From Polyangiales bacterium (lineage in GTDB: Bacteria; Myxococcota_A; Polyangia; Polyangiales; Ga0077539), in the NCBI GenBank assembly GCA_046351555.1, contig JAXLYI010000013.1, positions 22,845 to 86,844 on the forward strand: 64,000 nucleotides of DNA, in the 5' to 3' direction. The position numbers and the translations under genes are program-made. The stretch's first letter is position 1; every line of letters begins with the position of its first letter. The notes under the pieces are model-generated. The model was not told the origin of the DNA. It worked only from the letters and a program-made list of their open reading frames with translations, and searched no databases. Below, one piece after another: positions 57,228 to 64,000 of this stretch.

Positions 57228-60200
57228 TTGGTCGCGCTCGTCGATGTCGTTGCCACCCCCGATCACGTGGACGAGCGCCTCGCCCGCGCGCTCGACGGCA
57301 CGATCGACGCCCCGCCCATGGCCGCGGCCCTCGCGCCCGGCACCCTCGCGTGGCCCGCCCTCGTCGCGCGCGTGCTGGCCCTCGTGGCCCCGCACGTCGC
57401 CGTCGCCCCGCCCGACGTCGAGCGCCTCTGCCTCGCCGACGCGGTGCGCGCCGTCCTCCCCGAGTACGACCCGGCCTTCACCGAGCGCGCGAACACGGTG
57501 GAGTCCTTCGCCCGCACGCTCTCCGTCCTCCGCGCCCACGAGGTGAGCCGCGAGGCCCTCGACGCTGCCCTCGTCGCCACGGGCGACCGCGACGAGAGCG
57601 CCCGCACCCGCCTCCGCATCCTCGCCGCCGTGCTCGACGACCACGACCGGCGCCTCCGCCGCGCGGGCCTCGTCGCCGGCGACGCCGCGGAGTCCGCCGC
57701 CGCCAAGGCGCTCGGCACCGCCCACGGCCGCCTCCCCCGCGAGCTCGGCGTCGACGGCACCCTCCGCGTCTGGCACCTCGCGTCGCTGCCGCCCGCGCGC
57801 GTGGCCTTCCTCACCGCCCTCGCCCGCTGGCTCTCCGCGCACGGCGCCACGCTCGACGCCCACGTCGTGTGCGAGCCGCGGCGGATGAAGCTCCCGCTCA
57901 CCCTCGACCGCGCCCTCCGCGCCTTCGAAGCCGAGGAGAACACCCGCCTCGAGCTCTCCTACGGCCTGCGCGACCCGTCGGCCCCGCCCGCCGCGCCCCC
58001 CATCGCCCGCTGGGTCAACGCGCTCGCCACCGGCGGCCGCCAGCCCGACGCCGCGCAGGCCGCGGGCGCCGCGTCGAGCATCACGTTGGCGGAGGCGCAG
58101 GGGCCCGACGAGGAGGCCCGCTTCGTCGCCGCCCGCGTCGAGCGCTGGATGCGCGCGGGCGTCGGCGCCCACGAGATCGCCGTGGTGCTCCGGCGAACCA
58201 CCGAGGACAACATCGAGACGCTCGGGCGCTGCCTCGACGACGCGCGGATCCCGTGGATCGACACGCGCGACGCGCCGCTCCTGGCCTCGCCGGTGGCGCG
58301 CGCGCTGCTCGGCCTGCCCCGCGTGGTGGCGCGCGGCTGCGAGCGCGAGGACGTCCTCCGCGCCCTCGCCGTGCTCCAGGGCAACGCCCCGCGCGGCAAC
58401 GAGCCGGCCCCCTGGCGCGTGGCCGACGCGCTCCGGGCGATGGACGTCGAGAGCCTCTTCGACACGCGCCTGCCCGAGCTCTGCGCGCGCGCCCGCAAGC
58501 GCGGGACGAGCGTCGCGGTGCTCGCCGCGGTCGAGGCCCTCGCCCGCGACCTCTGGCAGCTCGCCCAGGACGGGACCGCCGCCGAGCACGTCGCCCGCCT
58601 CGAGCTCATCGCCCTGCGCGCCGGCGGCGACGGGCGCTTCCTCGAGGAGTCGCGCGCCGTCGTGTCGAGCGCGGGCTTCGACGCCGGAGCCCACGCCATC
58701 CTCCGCGCCCTCGCCCGCGACGAGCGCGGCGTCGCGGCGGCCGCCGAGCTCCTGCGCGACCTCCCCGCGGTGGCGAAGGCCGCCGGGCGCGAGGGGCGGA
58801 TGAGCGCGGGCGAGTTCGGCGAGCTGGTGCTCGACCTCGCGCGGGTGCGCTCGCTCGGGCCCCGCCGTCGGCCGCACGGCGGCGCGGTGGAGATCGTCGA
58901 AGCGCGCGACGCGGTGGGGCGTGATTTCGCCGCGGTGGTCGTCCCGGGGATGCACGAGGGTGGATTTCCCGCGCGCCGCGACGACGAGGCCCTCTGGGGC
59001 GACGCCGAGCGCCTCGCGGTGGGCCGCGCGCTCGGCCGCCCCGTCGAGCGGACGAGCGCCCGCGAGGAGGAGACGCTGCTGCTCCTCGCGGTGATGGCGT
59101 CGGCGCGCGAGGCGCTCGCGGTGAGCCACGCGTGGCACGACGCCGGCGGCCGGGTGCTCGCCCCGTCTCCCTTCTTCGGCGACCTGCGGCGGACGGCCGG
59201 GGTCACCGTCGAGCGCGTCGGGCGCGACCCCCTCGCCCGCTCACGACGCGTCCCACCGCGCGGCCCCGAACGAACGCTCCGGCACCAGGCGGGGCTCCCC
59301 GAGGAGGCCGCGGCGGCGCTCCCCGCGACCACGCGCGAGGCGCTCCGCTCGGTGCGGGCAAGGGCGGCGGTGGAGCGGTCGCGGCAGGAGTTCTTCGCGC
59401 GGCGCGGGGGCGGCGCGGGGCGCTACACGGGCCGGCTCGACCACGACCCGCACCTCGTCGAACGCCTGCGCCTCGCGGAGTGGGCCGGGCCTCGACGTCC
59501 GCTCGCGGTCACCACGCTCGAGCGCGCGGCGCGGTGCGGGTACAAGGCCTTCGCGTCGGAGGTGCTCCGCATCGAGGAGCGCGTCGACGAGGCCGAGACG
59601 CTCGACGACAAGGGCCGCGGGCACCTGCTCCACAAGCTCCTGGAGTCCGGCCAGGACGCGCTGCGCGACACTGTCGGCGGGCCCGCGGAGGCCCGGCGCG
59701 CGGCGATCGCGCAGGCGCTCGACGAGGCGGGGGCGGAGTTCTCCGAGCACGAGTCTCGGCTCAACGCGGCGCTGCTCGACGCCGACCTGCGCGCGGTCCG
59801 CCGGCAGGTGGAGGCGTGGCTCGAGCGACGGATGAGCGACCCCGACGGGTGGCAGATGGTCGAGAGCGAGGTGGCCTTCGGACCGCGAAAGAAGTGGCCC
59901 GCGCTGGAGGTGCCGGTCGAGGGCGGCGAGACGGTGGTGATCCACGGGCGCATCGACGGCGTCGAGCGGGCGGGGCGCAACGTGCGGGTGGTGGAGTTCA
60001 AGTCGGGCCGCGGCGACGGCTTCCGCAAGCGGCTGCAAGACGCGGCGCTCGACACGCAGTTCCAGATGGTGGTGTACGCGGCGGCGCTCGAGCGGGCGCG
60101 GCGCGCGGGCGTGATCGACGGCGACCCCGACACCCTCGACGGCGTGTACGTGGGCTTCCGCGACATGAGCGAGCACGGCCTCCGCGACGCGCTCGCGAAG

Positions 60201-60425
60201 CCCCGGCGCAAGGGCCCCGCCGTCGACGTGCAGGCGCTCGTGCGCGAGGGGGCGGACGGCGGCGGCGCGCTCGGGGACTCGGTCCGGCGCGTGGTGCTCC
60301 CGCTCCGCCAGGGGCACTTCGAACCGCGGCCGAGGGACTGCGACTTCTGCCAGTTCCGCTCGCTGTGCCGGGTGGAGACGCACGACGGCGACGACGACGG
60401 CGACGGGGCCGAGGGCCCGCGATGA
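57228..60425 (+). CDS. AddB-like helicase-nuclease complex subunit (C-terminal PD-(D/E)XK nuclease with an Fe-S cysteine cluster)
   Basis: Track ORF 57114-60425. The first 38 codons have atypically low GC3, so I prefer the TTG at 57228, though this start is uncertain. Nuclease motif: GRIDGVE...VRVVEFKSG. Terminal cysteines: CDFCQFRSLC. Its stop overlaps the next gene's ATG. Confidence 0.75.
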   Translation: MVALVDVVATPDHVDERLARALDGTIDAPPMAAALAPGTLAWPALVARVLALVAPHVAVAPPDVERLCLADAVRAVLPEYDPAFTERANTVESFARTLSVLRAHEVSREALDAALVATGDRDESARTRLRILAAVLDDHDRRLRRAGLVAGDAAESAAAKALGTAHGRLPRELGVDGTLRVWHLASLPPARVAFLTALARWLSAHGATLDAHVVCEPRRMKLPLTLDRALRAFEAEENTRLELSYGLRDPSAPPAAPPIARWVNALATGGRQPDAAQAAGAASSITLAEAQGPDEEARFVAARVERWMRAGVGAHEIAVVLRRTTEDNIETLGRCLDDARIPWIDTRDAPLLASPVARALLGLPRVVARGCEREDVLRALAVLQGNAPRGNEPAPWRVADALRAMDVESLFDTRLPELCARARKRGTSVAVLAAVEALARDLWQLAQDGTAAEHVARLELIALRAGGDGRFLEESRAVVSSAGFDAGAHAILRALARDERGVAAAAELLRDLPAVAKAAGREGRMSAGEFGELVLDLARVRSLGPRRRPHGGAVEIVEARDAVGRDFAAVVVPGMHEGGFPARRDDEALWGDAERLAVGRALGRPVERTSAREEETLLLLAVMASAREALAVSHAWHDAGGRVLAPSPFFGDLRRTAGVTVERVGRDPLARSRRVPPRGPERTLRHQAGLPEEAAAALPATTREALRSVRARAAVERSRQEFFARRGGGAGRYTGRLDHDPHLVERLRLAEWAGPRRPLAVTTLERAARCGYKAFASEVLRIEERVDEAETLDDKGRGHLLHKLLESGQDALRDTVGGPAEARRAAIAQALDEAGAEFSEHESRLNAALLDADLRAVRRQVEAWLERRMSDPDGWQMVESEVAFGPRKKWPALEVPVEGGETVVIHGRIDGVERAGRNVRVVEFKSGRGDGFRKRLQDAALDTQFQMVVYAAALERARRAGVIDGDPDTLDGVYVGFRDMSEHGLRDALAKPRRKGPAVDVQALVREGADGGGALGDSVRRVVLPLRQGHFEPRPRDCDFCQFRSLCRVETHDGDDDGDGAEGPR

Positions 60426-63400
60426 CCGCCGCGTCGACGTCCTCCACCTCGGGCCGCGCGCGGCTGCTCGCCTTCGAGCGCAACGCCGTCGTCCGCGCGG
60501 GCGCTGGCACCGGCAAGACCGAGGCGCTCTCCACCGTGTACCTCCACCTCGCCGCCGGGCTCTGCTCGCCCGCGACGTGGCCCCGCGGCGGCGTCCCCCC
60601 CGAGCGGATCGTCGCGATGACCTTCACCGAGAAGGCCGCCCGCGAGATGCGCGAGCGCATCACCGAGGCCGTCTCCCAGCTCGCCGTCGAGCGCCTGCCG
60701 CGCGAGCTCGAGTCGCCCGACGCGCGCGCCCGCCTCGACGCCGCCCGCCGCTGGGGCGCCGCCCGCGGGGTCACCGGCGCCGTCGTCGCGCGCGTCCTCT
60801 CGCTCGCCGACAGCGCCGCCGCCAACGGGCGCCCGCTCCCGCCGCCCGAGGCGTGGCAGCGCGTCGCGTGGAGCCTCGGGAGCGCGCAGATCGGCACCTT
60901 CCACAGCTTCGCCGCGGGCGTGCTCCGGCGGGCCGCCGTCGACCTCGGGCTCGACCCGGCCTTCGGCGTCGTCGAAGCCGAAGACGCCGACCGGCTCCTC
61001 CGCGCCGCCGCCCTCGCCGCCCTCTCGGAGGCCGCCCGCCGCGACGTGAACGCCGTCGTCGAGCTCATGGCCGCCGGCGGCGGGCTCGGCGAGCACGGCG
61101 ACCGCGGGCTCGTCACGCTCCTCGCCGACCTCGTCCGCCAGCTCGACGAGGACGGCGTGCGCGCGGACGACGTCGCCGTCGCCCCCGCGGTCGAGCCCAC
61201 CGACCTCCGCGCGTACATCGCCGCCCACACGCTCAAGGAGTTCGCCGAGGCTTGCGCGACGACGCCCGCGCTGCGCGACGACGGGACGGCCCAGCGCGTC
61301 CACGACCTCGCCCGCCGCGTCGAAGACCTCCCCCCGATGACCACCCCCGAGCTCGCCCTCGAGCGCGTCCGCGCCCTGCGCGACTTCACGAAGGGCCGCC
61401 AGGGGCTTCCGCCGCGCAACCGGACGCGCAAGCTCGAACCGACCGCCGAGCGCGCTCGCGAGGCCCTCGCGCTCCTCCTCCAGGACGCGCTCTCGGTGGT
61501 GTCCGTGCGCCTCGCCGAGGCCGCGCGGGGCATCGTCGCCGACGCCCAGCGCCGCTACGAGCGCGCCAAGCGGGCCCGCGCCGCCGTCGACTACGCCGAC
61601 CTCATGCGCCTCCTCCGCGACGGCCTGCGCGAGCGCCCGGCCCTCCGCCGCGAGTGGAAGGCGCGCTACGACGCGGTGCTGGTCGACGAGTTCCAGGACA
61701 CCAACCGCGTGCAGCGCGACCTGCTCTACCTCCTGCGCGAGCGCCGCGACGCCGAACGGCTCCTCGCGCCGGGCCAGTCGCTCACCGCCGCCGAGCTCGA
61801 GCCGAGCGGGCTCCTGGTGGTCGGCGACGCCAAGCAGTCGATCTACGCCTTCCGCGGCGCCGAGGTCGCTGTGTTCCTCGCCACCGAGCGCGACCTCGCC
61901 GACGCCGGCGGCGACCGCCTCGAGCTCACCGACAGCTTCCGCGCCGTCGACCGCGTGCTCGAGGCGATCAACCCCGTCACCGAGGCGCTGCTCACCGGCG
62001 CGGAGGTTCACGCGACGGGGCTCTACGACCGGGCGCGCGACACGCTCGTCGCCACCTCGCCCGGCGACGGCGAGACGCGCGTCGAGCTGCTCCTCGTCCC
62101 CGAGGGCAAGGCCGACGAGCAGCGCCGCGCCGAGGCCGAAGCGATCGCCCGGCGCATCACCGAGCTCGCCACCTCGCAAGGCGCGCCCGCGGGGTGGCGC
62201 CCGCCGCGCATGGACGAGATCGCGATCCTCGTCCCCTCGTGGTCGCACCTCGAGCCGATCAAGCGCGCCCTCCAGGTGCGCGGCGTCCCCTTCACCCTCC
62301 GCGGCGGCCCTGGGTTCTGGGACCGCCGCGAGGTCGACGACCTCGTCGTTCTCCTCCGCTTCGTCGCGCAACCATCCGACCGGCTCTCGCTCGCCGCGCT
62401 GCTCCGCGGGCCGCTGGTGGGCCTCTCCGACGCGGGCCTCGCCCACCTCTTCGCGGAGGCTTCGGGGCTCGACGACCTGCTCGACCCGCCGGCCTCGCTC
62501 CGCGCCGCGCTCGACCCCGACGACCGGGCGCGCCTCGACGAGGCCCGCACCTCGCTCCGCCGGCTCGTCCGCTTCGGGCCCACCCTCGGGCCCCACGGCG
62601 TGCTCCGCCAGTGCCTCGCCGAGCGCGGCTATGCGGCCGTGCTCGCGGCGCTCCCCTTCGGCGCGCAGCGGGTGGCCAACGTCGACAAGCTCCTCGGCAT
62701 CGCCGCGGCGGCCGAGCAGCGCGGCGGCGACGAGGCCGACCTCGCGGGCTTCGTCCGCCACGTCGACCGGATGCGCGAGGCCGCCCAGCGCGAGAGCGAG
62801 GCCGACGTCGAGGACGCCGTCACCGGCAGCGTCAACGTGATGTCCATCCACGCGGCGAAGGGGCTCGAATGGCCCGTGGTGTTCGTCGCGCAGACGGCCC
62901 ACCGCGGGGTGCCGCGGGTCGACCGCGTCCTCCTCGACGAGCGCGGGCGCCTCGTCGCGCTGCCCGGCGGCGTCGAGGTGCCAGACGGCTTCCGCGAGCT
63001 CCGCCGGCGCGCCCACGCGGCCGAGGAGGACGACGCGCGGCGGCTGCTCTACGTCGCCCTCACCCGCGCCCGCGACCTGCTCGTGGTGAGCGGGCCCGAC
63101 GGAGACGTCGAGGGCCCGTGGCCCGTTCTGCGCGCGGCGCTCCGCGCGGAGGCTCCCTTCCGCGTGCGGGTGATCGAGCCGGGCGCCGCGGCCCCGTCGC
63201 TCCCGGTGCGCGCCCGCACCGAGGCCGCCGAAGACGAAGCCGTCGTCGCGGAGGAAACCCGCGCGGAGGAGGCCGCCCCGCCGCGCCGGCGCCTCGCGCT
63301 CGCGTCGGCCACGGTGCAGGACGTCGCGTGGTGCGCGCGGCGCTTCCACGTGCTCCACGACCTCGGCCTGCGCGAGCACACCGGCGCGTGGAGCGAGGCG

Positions 63401-64000
63401 GCCGCGGCGGGCGACGTCGTGCGACGCGTGCTCGCGCAGACGGCGGTCGACGCGGTGGTGAGCGACCCCGACGGCGCGCTCGCAGGCGCCGCGGCGGCTG
63501 CCGGTGAGCAGCGGGAGGGCGCGGTGGCCGAGGCCGCGCGGGCGGCGCTGCGGAGATTCGCCAACTCTCCTCTCGGGCGCGCGCTGGCGGAGGACCCGGC
63601 GCGGCTGTTGGGCGCCTCGCTGCCGTGGGCGGCGCGGCTGACGGAGGGCGCGCTCGACGTGAGCGTGACGGGCCACGCCGACCTCGTGGTGCGCGGCGAC
63701 GCCGTCGGGCGCGACGGGCTCGTGGTGGTCCGCCTCACCACCCTGCCCGACCGCGACGAGCGCGCGCTGCCGGGCGCCGACCCCGAGCTCGACCTCCTGC
63801 TCGCGTGCGTGGCCCTCGCGCGCCGCTTCGCCGCGGGCGGGACGCGCGCGCCGGTGGCCCCGGCGGTTCTGCCACTCGGCGAGGAGTCGCGCGGCGAGCT
63901 CGCGTTCGTCCACGTGGTGGGCGCCGAGGCGGTGGAGGTGCGGGCGCTCGAGGCCGTCCGCGCGATGCTCCAGGCGCGCGAGGCGGGCCGCTGGGACGCG
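60422..64000 (+). CDS. UvrD/AddA-like helicase (helicase-nuclease subunit A), 5' 1193 codons; it continues beyond the window end
   Basis: It is not in the track because it has no stop in the window. The ATG at 60422 gives MTAASTSS. Walker A: AGAGTGKTE. Other motifs: MTFTEKAAREM, VLVDEFQDTN, VVGDAKQSIYAFRGA, MSIHAAKGLEWPVVFV, YVALTRARD. The long minus-strand ORF 59423-63913 is its shadow. Confidence 0.85.
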   Translation, partial: MTAASTSSTSGRARLLAFERNAVVRAGAGTGKTEALSTVYLHLAAGLCSPATWPRGGVPPERIVAMTFTEKAAREMRERITEAVSQLAVERLPRELESPDARARLDAARRWGAARGVTGAVVARVLSLADSAAANGRPLPPPEAWQRVAWSLGSAQIGTFHSFAAGVLRRAAVDLGLDPAFGVVEAEDADRLLRAAALAALSEAARRDVNAVVELMAAGGGLGEHGDRGLVTLLADLVRQLDEDGVRADDVAVAPAVEPTDLRAYIAAHTLKEFAEACATTPALRDDGTAQRVHDLARRVEDLPPMTTPELALERVRALRDFTKGRQGLPPRNRTRKLEPTAERAREALALLLQDALSVVSVRLAEAARGIVADAQRRYERAKRARAAVDYADLMRLLRDGLRERPALRREWKARYDAVLVDEFQDTNRVQRDLLYLLRERRDAERLLAPGQSLTAAELEPSGLLVVGDAKQSIYAFRGAEVAVFLATERDLADAGGDRLELTDSFRAVDRVLEAINPVTEALLTGAEVHATGLYDRARDTLVATSPGDGETRVELLLVPEGKADEQRRAEAEAIARRITELATSQGAPAGWRPPRMDEIAILVPSWSHLEPIKRALQVRGVPFTLRGGPGFWDRREVDDLVVLLRFVAQPSDRLSLAALLRGPLVGLSDAGLAHLFAEASGLDDLLDPPASLRAALDPDDRARLDEARTSLRRLVRFGPTLGPHGVLRQCLAERGYAAVLAALPFGAQRVANVDKLLGIAAAAEQRGGDEADLAGFVRHVDRMREAAQRESEADVEDAVTGSVNVMSIHAAKGLEWPVVFVAQTAHRGVPRVDRVLLDERGRLVALPGGVEVPDGFRELRRRAHAAEEDDARRLLYVALTRARDLLVVSGPDGDVEGPWPVLRAALRAEAPFRVRVIEPGAAAPSLPVRARTEAAEDEAVVAEETRAEEAAPPRRRLALASATVQDVAWCARRFHVLHDLGLREHTGAWSEAAAAGDVVRRVLAQTAVDAVVSDPDGALAGAAAAAGEQREGAVAEAARAALRRFANSPLGRALAEDPARLLGASLPWAARLTEGALDVSVTGHADLVVRGDAVGRDGLVVVRLTTLPDRDERALPGADPELDLLLACVALARRFAAGGTRAPVAPAVLPLGEESRGELAFVHVVGAEAVEVRALEAVRAMLQAREAGRWDA

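Overview
This is a very GC-rich, gene-dense chromosomal segment (roughly 70-75% GC by eye, not computed). The gene content looks Myxococcota-like: many Ser/Thr kinases, sigma-54 activators, poly-HAMP and hybrid histidine kinases, and a Thg1-like enzyme. I support about 45 protein genes and one tRNA-Leu(UAG). I see no rRNA, CRISPR array, transposase or integrase.

All calls come from reading motifs by eye, third-codon-position GC, and start/stop geometry. No database search was run. Because of the GC content, the six-frame track is dominated by long antisense or out-of-frame shadow ORFs, and by run-on ORFs that had to be trimmed to internal starts. Two real genes are missing from the track because they run off the window edges: a poly-HAMP protein (1-2711, minus strand) and a UvrD/AddA-like helicase (60422-64000, plus strand).

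The most unusual feature is a 1055-aa single-chain fusion at 32399-35566. It combines a vWA domain, a family-1 uracil-DNA-glycosylase-like domain with altered catalytic and intercalation residues, and a C-terminal R-S-E type ADP-ribosyltransferase. I cannot match this architecture to any described system.

Other points worth a second look:
- A ~990-bp non-coding gap (25325-26311) holding a 44-bp tandem array and a 404-bp foldback element with 121-bp arms.
- An Hpt protein translationally coupled to a Ser/Thr-kinase/receiver/TerB-like fusion.
- An orphan secretion-type ATPase with a cNMP-binding-like domain, flanked by kinases.
- A PurA paralog with rewritten substrate motifs.
- A 276-bp tandem repeat array with a higher-order 1104-bp duplication inside the poly-HAMP gene.
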